From assembly GCA_965645245.1 (NCBI GenBank), contig OZ287075.1, forward strand, positions 2,046,001 through 2,110,000: a stretch of 64,000 nucleotides of DNA. The letters run 5' to 3'. The DNA comes from Massalongia carnosa. Lineage: Eukaryota. Each line of letters begins with the position of its first letter. Within the stretch, counting starts at the first letter, position 1. Shown here piece by piece: positions 12,631-26,130 of the stretch. The position numbers and the translations under genes were made by a program. The notes below the pieces were generated by a model. The model did no database searches, was not told the DNA's origin, and saw only the letters and a program-made list of their open reading frames with translations.

Positions 12631-13601
12631 AGAGCGGGGAGCGCTTTGAGAAACGCCTCGGGTAGTTTATTTGTATGTGTGCGTTGCATGCATCATCACT
12701 CCTGACCAGTCAATTGTAGAGAGTAGATGCAGCGTCTATAATTAGATCATATATATATACTATGTCGCAGATGGATAATCTGGGTTATGTATCAATAACG
12801 TCGTATAGAAAGTAAGGTTTGGTGATTGCCGTTTTCGAATTTGTTGATGCCCTTCACTGGTAGAGTAGTTAAGCGCCCGAAGCGCAGCTGGTCAAGTTGA
12901 ATTCCTTTTTCCGTCATCAATGCTAAGCTTTTGAAGAATACGTACAAAGTACTCGTCGCATGAATTTACTTTCTCCCTATTTTCTAATGCGTTCTTGCTT
13001 GCTCAATCTCATAATGTAGCTCAGATCGATAAACTTTGAACGCTTGTTCAGGCATAAGGAGATTTGAAGCGGTTGACCTCGGGCCGAGAAAACATAGGGA
13101 TTGTATGGTGATAGCAGAAGCTCAAAGGGTGCACATCAGAGGGATGGACGATGTCCCTCATCCACGCATTTTAAAAACCTCAATTAACGACAATAGTCTT
13201 CGCCCCACCCCGGCCAATCCAATTTCATCAGCATTCCGTATCTAGACTATAATAGCGTCCTAGATCCCGTGCGGTAGAACTCAGATCACACTCTATCACC
13301 GACCAGGGCAAGGAGCGGAGTATTAAGTGTTATATATGCATTAGTAGCTATACGTTCCAATAATGAAGCGAGACATACGAGATCTAAAAAGTACTCTAGC
13401 GGTAGAAAATAGACTACACCAAAAAAATTTTTCCACGAAGAGACTTCAGCTCGTTAACTAGTCAACTAGCCATTAGTCACCAATGATGCTTGTCTCTATT
13501 GATGACTTGAGCAATAAAACTCATATCGAACGAATGATTACTCTACTGGAGCAGCGGCCCCCTTTTTACTCTACTGTCATGGTTCGCCTCAGGATGTATA
13601 C

Positions 13602-13920
13602 CTAATACAATATCATACATTCTGGACACCGGCTATGCCCGCAAGCACACGTTCCATCACGTTCAACTCCACGTCTTTTGCCACATGCAGAACATGGGGG
13701 CCTCGGCCTCATACGTACCTTTTTCTCAACCTTCATCCCGTCATCCCTTGCCTTTTCATCATTCCTGTGCCTCGCCTCTTTCATCTATGTTAGCATCAGC
13801 TTCATATCATTCATACTCTTTTTTTCCCCTCTATCATACATATAAACTTCTTTCGACTTTGTTGGCTCTTCCGTTAGAAGATCGTAGAATTCTACTCTTT
13901 AAACCGGCTTGTTTCATTCG
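13602..13920 (-). CDS. Small spliced gene or relic with C-terminal Cys/His zinc-ribbon-like motif
   Basis: Terminal exon ends CSACGKRRGVERDGTCACGHSRCPEC. It is preceded by a GTATGA...GCTAAC-ATAG intron (~13785-13839) and an open upstream exon. Start unclear. Confidence 0.35.
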
Positions 13921-14715
13921 CTGTTATTTGAGCTAAACTTATTCAGCTCTCGATTCCTCATACCTATACAAGCGACCGATGAATTGGTCGCGACAAGCTA
14001 CACCACGACGCGCGCTTCATGAAAGGATTATCGAGTTATATCATGATTTTTTCTGCTGCCAGCTATGAAAAATAAGAAACGGATTTGAACAAAAGCAACA
14101 TCTTCATTTGTGATAACAGAAGGCGCGTTGTAGCGAGACACCTTACTCAACTAACATGATTCCAATTGATTAATCAAAAATCCAAGAAGAGCGCCGTGGT
14201 CAATTTTTTCACGTACTAACTCAGTCGAGTACATACCGTTGTACCAATACCCTTAATTCCTAACCGAAGCGACGATTCCTCAAACGCCTCGACAGCGTTC
14301 AGTTGCTTCAGGAATTCCACGTTGGCGATGATCAGATATTGGCCACCTCCGAAGAGGTGTTGATAGCCTTCACCACGTACCAACTTTCTTGATCTGTATT
14401 GGTTCGCAGCGTTAATGCAGTGAGTTTTGTGTAATCATTTCGTACAAGGATGAGTGTGACAAGTTTGGGCGTTGAGAGCCAATAAAATGGCGTGACAAAC
14501 TCGGCACCATTTTTTTAAATAGCGCAATAGCAACACCTGCCCATGATTAGCAGCTTCTGCGATGGCTCGACAGCAACGCAGCGAATCTACTGTCTCTAAA
14601 ATCATCAGCTGTTTCTCCGCACGACACTCAAACTCTGCTGGCCTAGATCAATACACAAGAGTATAAGGAGCAGCGCATTACTCTATAGGCAACTACGGCC
14701 CGAGTCCTTAGTGTC

Positions 14716-15200
14716 TTAGGCTGCGCTATAACTCGCTTGTGCCTTTCTAGCTATTGCTTTTAACGTACCTGTGTGGATGATCCCCTCATCGTGCAAGGCT
14801 GCTAGCGCTTGTAGGACGGCCTTTGCAACATGTTTGGCTTTCGATGACTGAAGCCCTTTTACCGCCGATTCGACCAACAGGTTGCTATCAAGGTGTTCCA
14901 AGACTAGTGAAGGAGGATCTTTGATCTCGTCAATCAGGCGGCGGAGAAATGTTATGGTTTGGAAACGCTTAAGAATGTCACGCTCGTTATTAAGGGGAGA
15001 TTCAGGTGTGGTTTTGACCACAATATTCTGGCTTGTTTGTATACCACTGCAACATATTAGAAGAAGCATAACCAAATTTGTGATACATGAGAATCTTTAC
15101 ACAGCTCTCCATTTATTTCGATGAGTTGCTTTGAAATTAGATAACTGCCGTAAGTGCCGTTCGCTTGACTACCAATTTGTATGGGAAAAGTGGAAGTCAA
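14716..15200 (-). pseudogene. Ser/Thr protein kinase fragment (N-lobe up to the catalytic loop only)
   Basis: VVK...NERDILKRFQ...LVLEHLDSNLL...VLQALAALHDEGIIHT, then an intron donor and no HxD/DFG continuation. The upstream exon is frameshifted. Confidence 0.7.
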
Positions 15201-16002
15201 CCTTCGACATACCTTCATCGCATCATATTATACAAGCTAGAGCAATCCCTCCCGGCGATATGTTTAGAATTTCAACTGTGACATCTATCAAACTCTCAGT
15301 CTGGGAACACTCTGAAGATCAGCATAGGTTAGATATAAGAAAATAGAAAGCTAATAGCCACCTCATTGAATCCCTAAAATATATGATCGCGGATCGATCG
15401 AAAAAGCCAAAATGAATTCGGTAGAAAAAAAGTTCGAAGAACTGGAGAGAAGGGAAAAACATGGGATGCTCCTTCTCATAACTACTTGTATCGTTTAGGG
15501 AGCTTGACGGCGTAGATTCGCAGTCTCGTGAGCACTCCTTGACTACTTATTCTCCAAGAAGTTACCTAGGTGAAAGTGTCATGGCCTCGTGGATTGTGAT
15601 GGAGAGGGACTAAGGTCAAAATTAAAACACCTGTTAAGAAAGAAGCAGCTCATTCATGATCTTGCCGATACCCGGTGCCTCTGATTAGGAAGCACCATTG
15701 GCTTACTACTTCGGAACTCTTTGATTGATGTGAACCTTGTCGTGGGATTTTTTTCGGATTCAATTTTTTTTCATATAGAGTTTATAGCTTTTATTATTTT
15801 TTATCTTCTGCAGGACCAAGCTACAAGATACAAGCCATATACGTGCCAATGCCCATTTCATTCATATTTTGAGCCCACCTACACATACTCATACTACGAA
15901 CCACTCATAGAAGAAAGCCCTTTAACTTTAACTCAGCTGAACCCCAGACCTGAAAGCGCCCCTGCCATCCCTACCCAATGTCTCGTGCTTTCGCGCTTAC
16001 TT

Positions 16003-17550
16003 TCAGGAGGCCGTCCCTATCGGCTCCAAATCCCGCTCTACCGCCAACCCCTTCTCCGTAATCCTTGTGTTTGGAGCGCCCTGCTCCACCACGTCCACCA
16101 AGCTCCGCCGCTGGTGGTTTGTCTGTATAGGGCTAGAGGAGAGAGGTAAGAACTCTTCCGACTCTGTCACTGCGCCTTCGATGATAGTCGTCAACGGAGA
16201 CTCCGACACCCCGTTACGGCCAGAGTTCATTGGGGCGGCTTTGACCTCGAGATATGGATGTTGCAGAAGGTCTGAAGCGTTGGGTTCGTCCCAAGCGATG
16301 GTGCCAGCGCCGGAATATATTCTGGGCATGCGGTGCTCAAACGCGAGGGAGCTACCGCTGCGTGTGTGGCGGGTTGGGAAGCTCAAGGCGGCTTTACCGT
16401 GCATGTGCCGGATGATGAAGGCCGGGACGGCGGGGAGGCAGCTGCAAACGATGCCGGATGTTATTTCGGCGGATCTGCTGCCGTCAGTGACGTGGAAAAT
16501 GAATCAAGAACTTGCTTGGACTGTAGACTCACGTCCAGAGAAACTCCCCATGCTGGTCGTACGTTGGATTTGCAGCACGCACGTTCCGGATGCTAATGGA
16601 GAGACGTACAACGCTTGAAATGCAGCCGCTTTCGAATTTTAGCTCATCTTTCCGAGTTCTTTCTACAGAGCGGATGCTTACAAGATGCCTGTCGCAAAGA
16701 CCACTGATACCCCCAGTTTTTGTTTGCTGATCATTTGCACCCGCCAGACCGAAGCTATGGGAAGCATTAAGATTGAAAAATCGGAGAGAATGGCAATTGC
16801 CCTTTCATGATGATAAGCAGATTCATGTTCATACAAATTCAGGGCGTTTCTGGGATCCAAATTTTCTCTCGTGGTGTACATTTAAATATTTCTGCTATAG
16901 TTACCGCAACATCAAAGATAAGGTTGGTCTAGAGAAGAAAGCAGATAGGAAAAAACGTTTTATGTTTGCGCTCTAATGCGAATTGCTGTAGATATAGCAA
17001 CAAATAGATAGCTGGGTGATGAATATCAATGGCCCATACATGATCTGGGAAGCGTTCGCCAGCTGTGGGGCAATCTTCATGAGCTTTTTAAACACCAGTT
17101 TCTCAGAGGAGAATATTCCAACCTTAGCATAGTCAACGCCATTCTCGCTTATAATGATCGAAAGGCGTAATTCCGCTGCTGAAACGTTCTGCTTTGATGA
17201 AGATAGCCAAATATCCCATCAAACCAACCTGGCAGGCATGTGAGCTGAGCGGGTTCCTTGGGCTACAGGAAGCATTCAAGACGAGAGATTATCCAGGCAA
17301 TGACACAAATATCTTCTTGATTTTAGTACACGACATCGAGTACCTTGCTTCGAGACTTAAAATCTTTCCAGATAGTAGATTTGGCTAAGTAGATTTTGGT
17401 ATACATATACATCCATACGAGAAGAGTGCTGACAGCAAGGCATACGACTTTGCTAGGAACGGCATACCTTCTTGTTAAAGTAGAATTGACGATTTTCAAA
17501 GAAATCCTAGTAGATGATTCTGATGCTCCATGCCCGTAGCCATCGGCCAT
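16003..17550 (-). pseudogene. PTH11-like/SAT4 rhodopsin-domain membrane protein, inactivated
   Basis: VVCLAVSTLLVWMYMYTK...WKD, YGPLIFITQLSI, CTPRE, SDFSILMLPIASVWRVQM..KQKLGVSVVFATG. Probable splice donors read TTAAGT and ATAATC, with an in-frame TAG near 16930 and frameshifts. Confidence 0.8.
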
Positions 17551-18597
17551 GGTTTGAAAAATCGCCACCTTAAAATCTACCCGTATTCGAAGTTTCTAAG
17601 AATAATGCCAGTCCAGCATTCCACCGGGACAAGGACGAACATGTAGTAGGCAATCGATCGTGTGACATGATCAACTTCATCGCGATCAAGTAACCAAACG
17701 GGCCAATTTGAAGCAAGAAAAAGGATAGTTGATTTCGTGGCTCCCATGGACTCCTGGGAAATCTCGTATCGCATCTAGCCGCAGATAGATCGCCATCTGC
17801 AGAATCGGTTCCATGAGTGAGTATGTGGTCTTGCATATGTATCAGTTTTTCACCCTGCTTCGTGCTTAACTCCAAATCCTGCACGATTGTCTCCTGAAAA
17901 CGCATGAAGCCTGCATTATTGAGAAGCAAAGTTCTCAAGTTCATTGCAAGAGGGCCCAAGGGAACAAGGATCCCAGCTTGATTCTGGTAGTCAAGATAGT
18001 GCAGCTATCGACCCAACAGATCTCAGTCTGATATGCAGGCCCTGGGGATGTTCGGATGTGATTGACCCTGCATAGCATGTCCCGGCAACCTGGAACAACC
18101 TGGAACCACGATCAATTGACAGGTGGCACACAGTATGCCATTGGCTCTAGAGCGTTGTTTCGTTGCCACCGGCCAACCACGCTGGCAGGCTGTTGCATGC
18201 CCTGCAGGTATGGGCTTTACCATGAGCCAAGAAGGTAAACCTCTCCACGAGAAAACCTTAAGGCTTGAGATTGTAGATTGGCCGATGAACTCGGAGTATT
18301 GCATAGGCAGCAGAATTAATATCATTCCTGGACATTTAACGAATTTGGGGATAGATTAAGGGAATGGAAAATTATCTAATCAAGCCTAACTAACTTAATT
18401 CCCACGTGATTCCTAAGTTAAGCGAAGCAAACAAACAGCCCTTCACCCCTAAAACAGGCGACCATAGTACCCCATGTAGGGTTATTTTGCTGAGGGTTTC
18501 CTGAGTATATATCAATTGTGCACGTGCCGTGATAGATGGAAAGTACGGAGTATATGATGTGCTATATTCCCCCTTGTTGTGTGTTCCCTCCCTTCCA

Positions 18598-19897
18598 TTA
18601 CCTCATATCGTCCTCGTCTTCTCCACCGTCGATATCTACCGCACAGCTCGCCTCAATGAAATCCTCCAACTCCTCGCTCACCGTCTTCAGCTTTTCCTTA
18701 ACGCTCGCCACGCCCTCAAACCCCACAATGTGTCTAGCAGGCGGGTTCTCATGACCGCCGATGGCGATGAGGGCGTTAATGGTTTCCGCAATAAGAGAAA
18801 CAGTCATTTCTGCGGGTAATCGAGGGTGAAGCGATACAATATCCGCCGATGATAATTTACCAGGGGTCTTATTTTCTAGGGGCGCTTTTCCGATATTTTC
18901 AAGCCGGTCTAACAAGCCGCCGATGATTGTTCGACACAATGGCGCTGGGTTGTTCTCTGGAGCGTATTGTGGCAGAAGAGGAGCGGAGGTGATTTTGTTC
19001 GTAAGAACGTTGGTCTCCAGGTTTGGTTGAACGATAGTTACCTTAATGTTGAAGGGGGCAACCTCGTATGTGAGGCTCTGTCAAAAGTCAGCAGGAAAGC
19101 CGGATTTTGAGATATAAAAACACTTGCATCGCAGAACCCTTCGAGAGCCCAGCCGGAAGCACAGTACATGCCAAGTCCCGGGGTTCCTATGTGCCCAGCT
19201 GAAAACTATGTTAATTGCGATCTAGCGACGGTAGCTATGTATACATCAACCTACTTATGCCGGTCAAAGCAATGATATGTCCCAAGTTTTTCTTCCGCAT
19301 AGTAGGCAGCACAGCTTTGATGATGTTGACGGGTCCAAAGAAGTTGGTTTCGAATTGATCTCGTACCAAGGTCAAACTTGGTGGAGATGCAGATAGTTCT
19401 TCGACGGTACCAATCACGGCTACGTTCGTTCAGCGTAAAATGGAACAAGCCAGTACTCGACTTGAACACCCGCACCTTCACTTGCACAGCAGAACAGGAT
19501 ATCCACTCTTCCAAATGCTTCCACAGCTTGTGCCACTGCGGCCTGACACAAGCTGATGTTCCTGTGCGCCAATTGATGATGAGTTGCAATGCTTTGTGGC
19601 ATACCGTTTGGGAAGGAGTTCCTCACACCTCCCATCCAATCTCACAAGCCTACACTTTTCTCTCCATCCTTCCTTCACGACATCTTCCCCAAACTCACGA
19701 AGTACTTCTCCTCGCGGGCTACTGTCATCGTCTACTTCTCCTAGCCTGATACCCGCAATGACAAAGTCCCCATGAGCCAGGACCCGGCGAGCAAGTGCGA
19801 TGCCAATTGGGGAGGTGGCAGCCGTGATGAGCCATACTCGAGGGTGGGTGTGGATTGGAAAATGAGAGGACGGGAGATTTGGGCTGGCGGTAGTCAT
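18598..19897 (-). CDS. Short-chain dehydrogenase/reductase-fold protein with atypical motifs (multi-exon)
   Basis: RVWLITAATSPIG, FGRVDIL, QFETNFFGPVNIIKAVLP, GMYCASGWALEGFCD|SLTYEVAPFNIKVTIVQP, with canonical introns. Confidence 0.9.
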
Positions 19898-20401
19898 GGC
19901 AAAGATGTCGGAGATAGCATTTTTTACTACTTGGACAAAAATATGCCAGCGCACCTAATAGCTATCAGAAACCAGTCAGCTCTCAAGCTAAAAGCAAAAA
20001 GTATAGTAAGTTTTCGAATTGAAGGCTGTTGAAGAACTCATATGGAGAAACCATGGACACGAACATTCATTGGTCATTGCTCTGAAGCGAACTGCCAAAA
20101 ATAGAAGCAGACACTGGCAACGCTGTATGTATCTTGAGTACCATCATAATGCCAAGCAGAAAGAACCTTTCGGATCAATGTGGCTTATTGCATGCGATTG
20201 AACTTATTGCTACAATATTATATTGGTTCAGCGCTAATTATTGATTTAAGATCGATTTGAAAGGATCAAAGGTATTGCAGCATAACGCTCAAGAGTCCGG
20301 TACGCAAGTCCTCAGATCCAAACACCCTTGTAGAACCCAATTACCCTAAAAGTCCTGGTTTACGCTGCTTTGAATAAAAAATGGGAGCCTATTATCCCAT
20401 A

Positions 20402-22109
20402 TCAGCGTTGCCGCTCTGACAGTTCCCAAGGCCCGTTGTGCGGCTGTGTACCGGGTGCTTCGTGAATCTGGGTATGGTGGTAAACTTGTTGGGAAGAAGT
20501 TTCATGGGAGTAGCTCTGGTTGCTGTTGGCTGTGTATTGTTGCTGGCTAGCTGGGATTGAGGGAGCATGTGTCTGTTGGCCATTTCCAGCATGCTGTTGC
20601 ACGGCTGGAACCTCATGGGCATAGTGTGGTTGCTGACCGTTCGCATTATAGTGTTGTTCGGACGAGGCTTCGTGGACGTCGCCATGGTCTAACGTAGGTG
20701 GAATCGGCCCTAGAAACCCTTGATGCGCCGTGACACCATTGATTTCCGTGACCATGGGTGATAAAGGCTGCTTATAGTATCCATCCTTGGTATCTATGGT
20801 ATGGGTTTTCTGATCGACTTCATTTATAACAGAAGAATTAAGGGGAAGTGGGTTGACGCTTCCCGATATCGAAGGATCATGTGAAAGGGGATTTGGGCTG
20901 ACGGTACTAGCGCGGTTAATAGGATCATATGTTCCTTGTGACGGTTGAAGCGGCGAGGGCGGGCTTCCATAAGTGCTGGCGTAAGTGTTTGTGTACGGGG
21001 AGTTTGGTTGTGGCGTAGATTCGCCCGTAAAGCCTGGTTGTAAGGGGAGATGTTGGGGATGACTGTCCTGATATCCTTGTCCGTTGAAAGCTTGCTGCAT
21101 GGGCGGGTTGTTATCGAAATTCACAGGGGGTCTCGGATGCGGCGTCTGGGGCGCTTCGGCATGTTGTTTATTTCGCTTTCGGATACAGAAGACAAGTATG
21201 CCGGCGATGACCGCCAGAATGAGCAATCCGATGCCAGCTGCGATACCGGCGATTACACCCACTGCGAGTTTACGAGCCTTTGGTTTGTTCGTGGATGGTA
21301 TGACGGGGACAGAGGAGCTGGAAGTGCTTGGAGCGGTCGCGCGTGTCCCAGGTGTTTCAGTAGCAGCCCCGTCTGTATAGCCATTCGAGATGGGAGTTCT
21401 CGAGGGCGCTGATGCAGCTGAACTGGATATGAGCGTGATGCCGCTCGCTGTCGAGTAAAAGTCCAAGAGATATTCGACGCTGGCCAATGGCATTGTGGTG
21501 GATTGGCAATTATAAAGACGACTTCCGCCCGCAAATGCAAACGTTCCACAGTACGGCAGTGCAACATCATCGCTTCCGAATGGATACAACTCAGCTGACT
21601 GGCTTCCACAGAAATTGAGAGGTCAAGAAGACTACTAACCATGAAATTACTTTGGTATCTAATTGACAATTCTGGCCGCAATCACCGCCATAATTCACAC
21701 AAGTGGTATATAGACCAGCACAATTTCCCGTGAGTGCTGTGCAGCATCCAATCGCGGGCCCCGAATGAATACACGTCATGGCAGTATTACAGGATAAGAC
21801 ATTGCCTGCCACCAGACTGTTAAATACAATATCATTCCTGCGAAACCGAACATCGGACTCACTGTATTGCCCGCTCACGAAACCGCACCAATTGTCTGGG
21901 GGAGGATAGATGTATGATGACAGGCCAGCTCTCCTTAACAGATCTTGGGGAGCATCCTGGAGACGTGGTGCGTTTGTGGGACGGGGTGACATGCCGTTCA
22001 TGGCCATGAGGCCAGCGGGCGTGGGCACTGGCTCCACCCATGGCATTCCTCGAACGACATCGATGATCAGGAAAGTGTTGAGGAGCCTGACAGCGGCAGT
22101 GAGAGCCAT
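20402..22109 (-). CDS. Single-pass membrane protein: signal peptide, Cys-rich ectodomain, Ser/Thr stalk, TM helix, Pro/Gln-rich tail
   Basis: ORFs 21591-22169 and 20402-21589 joined by introns. TM segment LAVGVIAGIAAGIGLLILAVIAGILVFCI is followed by RKRNK. Confidence 0.8.
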
Positions 22110-23251
22110 ATTGCTGGAGGCTTGTGAAGCGTAAAAGGTTGAAACAACAACCGAGCTTGAAACCAACACAGAGCCAAAGCCGGGGATATAAGTTCTTTGA
22201 CTTTAAGGAGTCTGCCCTCGGGCTTGGAGGTATTCAGCCTCACGGACCCCATGTCTTCTATCAGTTAGCAAATGCAAATTTAGTCGGGTCTCTTTGGGGG
22301 GGAAAGGGGGGAGGGTATTATCGAAGAGCAAGAGATATGTCACATTCATTGAAGCTGCAGCCAAGCTAACAGAATGTAACTCGATAAACATTGGACGAAA
22401 TATGCGAAAGGTGCAGATGGATTCGCTAAGCAGGCCCTTTTGTTAGGGTACGGGTATGACCGTCGGATGCCCTAAATGGTTTCCAGGCCTGGTCCCTGCA
22501 TATACTAACCCGAATCTACTCACGTCGGACCTGGACCTTTCTTCCGCAAAGGGATTAGACTGCACAATTGCACAGAGTCCGCCTTGCGCCTTGCGCTTTG
22601 GGCCTCATTGTGTACAGACCTTAACTTCACTAGACTCGTGCTCACAAGTCAGAGAGGGGCAGGGGCGCACTACAGAATCCTATCAATTGTCAATATTATC
22701 AGAGAGCAACGACGGAGTAACGCAAATGCTCCTTGAAATGGGGTTCTACAGAGTAATGGAAATGCTATTATCTATAATTGCACATCTAATGGAGTATATT
22801 TAGGACAATGTCTCAAAGTTGTACAGAGTCCTCTGCAGGGGGCCGAAAAAAAGGCAGTCACCGAAGATAAGGTCGTCTCGCCTCACGGTACGCTGTACAC
22901 ACTCTGGGTTCATGGATTTGTATAGCACTAACTAATGCAACCAGGCCTCCCTGTTCACGACCTCCATGCGGGTTACCTGCATTCGTCCAGAGTAGAAAAG
23001 TTCAACCAAACACATGACCAAGGGCACACTGCTAGCCTGCAGGCATACTCTGTACTCCAGCGCACTCTAATTGATGCGGAGGAAAAACGCGCTATCTTGC
23101 TAAGCAGGCGAACACTGTCGTCGGCAAAGCGCTGGATCTTGATCTCCGGGTTGGGCGGATCGTTGCTGCTGGAAATAATTTCCGCTGGTCATACAGAGCA
23201 CCTCTGCCCATCTCTCCCGTGCAGATGCTGTAATTCCACCCATAAACTAGT

Positions 23252-25148
23252 TCATTGCTCCATGGAGAACCATGGTATGTTCTTACCATACTCGTCTCCT
23301 GGATGCTTCATGGGAACCGGCACGACCCCCTCGAATACAGCGAGGCTATTTTCCAGTGTTGTCAAGTCCAGATCGGGATTTGTCCTAGTTTGGCGGGCGC
23401 GCATGGGGATTATAACCCCGCATTCCCAGTTGCGACAAATGAACTTCGGTTTCTTGGTAACCGCATCGTTAGCTAATATACCCCAGGCGCTTTCGGAGAG
23501 ATTTGCGGAACCAACGTATGCCCATGCGGTGGAGCTGGACGGTTGCGGATCTGAAGTAGATCCGCGGCGCACGAACCAGAGCTTAATGTCATTCATCAGC
23601 CAGGAAACGAGCTGTTTGCCATCTAGGCCTCTGACAAACCTTGCTATGCATCAACAACCCACCCCGACGGCTCTGGCAGTCGCGTAGCAAACCCCTCGGG
23701 AACACACGGCACTTGTAATATTTCGAATGCAAGCAAATCGTACCGCCAGAGGAAGTGCCTCCGGTAGAGCTTGTGACTGTGTTTTCCGTGGGAAAGTAGA
23801 TGCGAAGCCTCTCGTTGACTTGTTCCTCGATCTTCTTTCTCAACCTTACATCATCTACAGTCCAGCTCGCCATTCGAGCCGGACGGTTCCTCCAACCATA
23901 CACGGTACGCCCATCATCACCCTGAGCGGCAAGATAAAGCCCTATCAAGTACTCAAGGTTCAAGTTGCCAAGCGAAGAAGTAACTATGTCAAGAGAGAGA
24001 GGTTCGTCAGTCTGCAGACCAAGTTCCTTGATGGCCTTCCCAAGCCCACCATATCCAGTTCGGCGCCAGGTTCCGTCCTCCCCAGAATGGGCACCGCCGA
24101 TGCTGTGTACAAAAGCAAGATCTTTGGTTTTGGAAAAATCAAAGTTGAGGACACTTTGGATGACGCTCTTTGGAAGTTTCATGGCCATGAGAAAGTAAAT
24201 CAGCTCTCCACAAAAGGATGTCAGGCTATCCTTTGAAATGACTGGTTGTGGCAAGCGAGGCAGATCAATTAGAAACAGCATGTTTTCCATATGCCCTGTT
24301 TCGCCCCAGTCGTATGGCACCAGATTCGCGGTTGGAACCACTATCCGAAGATGGGTTGGGAAAGAGAGCAACATGAGCTTGGAATGCATACATTTGGTCT
24401 GGCCATCCATGGGCGGAAAACAGAGTCGTAAGTTTTCCATTTCTGATGTCTCTCGTTCATACTGCTCCATGGTGAGCAAATCCTTGGCTTGCATCACAAA
24501 GATCATTTTTGTTTTCCTATTCAGCTTGCTCAAAAGCCAGGTTATATCCCATTGGAAGGAGCTGAGAACTGCCAGCTTGAGATCAGCCGGTTGCAACACC
24601 TCTTCGATTTTTATGTCCTCCTTTCTCTCATGGCCAAAAGCCCAGGTTTTTCTCACAGCCCCTTCCAGAAACGTAGGTTCTGACTTACTGACAACTGGCG
24701 TTGTAGAGTTAAAGGGAGCCGTCTGAAGGTGAGAGCTTTCAATTCTAAGTGGCTGATCACTTCTAAACGTATCCTTACTCGTAGCGGTTATCTTTTGGGA
24801 TGGGGAAATCGAGCGTCTCATGGTTTTGTGTGTCGCAGGAGGCGAAATAGAAGCATGTCGCTTCCGTGCTAACCTTTCTTGCTCCATGGCCTTACGGTTC
24901 AAGCCGAGGAAGTTTGGGTTGGTGACCGTTGGGGCCATAGTTGATTGTGCGGTACTTGTATCTGACGTAAAGGGCCCCTTCTGTGCCAAGGGCGTAAGCT
25001 GAGTATCACTGTCACTATCGAGGTCGATGACTTCCCGAGTAGGGCCATCCTTCCCTGTTGGAACAGAAGTGCTCTGTACATTATTTTGATCTTGTAGCGA
25101 CAATGCAATTGCCTTTCTCACCTCCTCCTCGTCATCCGAATCATCCAT
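23252..25148 (-). CDS. Tyrosyl-DNA phosphodiesterase 1-like (PLD superfamily) protein with N-terminal UIM
   Basis: UIM DEEEVRKAIALSL, two HxK motifs (MHSKLML and MHSK|LWF across intron ~23582-23640), GSANLSESAWG, CRNWECGV. Confidence 0.92.
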
Positions 25149-25419
25149 GATCACTGTTTCATAACGTGAGGTATTTATGAATAGCTTGTGACAACCTGAC
25201 TCAAGACGATCAAAAGCCGCAAATAGCACGTCCGTTTTACTTGCTGGCATGTGTAGGTATGTGAACTATAGAAGTGAATAAGTATTGTTGACAGCTTTGT
25301 TCAAGCTTTTATTTACATCGTAATCACATGATTCAGTATCTTTAAAATCCATGGGAAAAAGAAAACTTCGGATTTCGGGCCGTTGTGGCGTGCGTTTGTA
25401 AAGGTTTTCTTGATCTAGT

Positions 25420-25540
25420 TAATCGTCGGCTAGTCTCTCGCTTAGTTACCTCGGCCGACTCGAGGCGTTCGCCTCTAAACGCCTCGTTAGATTCTACAGT
25501 TAATCGTCGGCTAGTCTCTCGCTTACCTCGGCCGGCTCGC
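25420..25540 (+). mobile_element. Two tandem orphan fragments of the pogo/Fot1 element TIR
   Basis: TA+ATCGTCGGCTAGTCTCTCGCTTA... at 25420 and 25501 match the TIR at 59823 (about 56 and 37 nt, with small indels). Confidence 0.9.
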
Positions 25541-26130
25541 ACAAGCATCTATCTTGCTTACTCCTTTTTGCCTTCCGCTACTCATCTATCCTTTTGTTCT
25601 TATGACTTTGAACCATACCTCGAACCTGGATTTGTAGAAATTATCCTAAATATTAAGAAAAGCAACTTTTTTGTTCTAAAGCGCTCTATGCTGTTAATGC
25701 AGTGGGTGTGTCCTGCAGGCTTCGAGGGTGTCCGCCTTTAAGATTATTGGATGCGTCCTTAAACCAGGTCAGAACGTGAAGTGCGTTGCTGAGGTCTTGA
25801 ACGGTAAATAAGCATCTTAGGGAGTCCCAAATATAGTGGCAATATTATCCCCTCTCTGCGTATATGGCTAGGGTTTCATATTTTCCTAGTCCGGTAATGG
25901 CATGAGCAAAATGAAGGCGAATGCGCTGTCTTTGATTCTAAATATATTGGATTCTTTGAGCGACAGTATCATTGTATGAGACAAAAAGAAACCAAACACA
26001 AAGAAATTGAAACAACAAGATGAAGAGTATAAGAACACACAATTCAGTCAACTATTTCATTTCTATCATCCCAAACACACTTTTCCAGCTTAAGGAAACA
26101 GCCAACACTTGCTTTGGTGAGCCTCCCACA

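Noticed and set aside
12855..12906. Degenerate A-box/B-box-like pair
   Set aside because: Both boxes are imperfect and no cloverleaf forms.
1..17600. Starship giant transposon cargo region
   Set aside because: Gene types are compatible, but no DUF3435 tyrosine recombinase or boundary repeat is visible in this window.
22935..24726. Long + strand ORFs (250, 169 and 162 aa)
   Set aside because: Mostly antisense shadows of the Tdp1-like gene, with no motifs.
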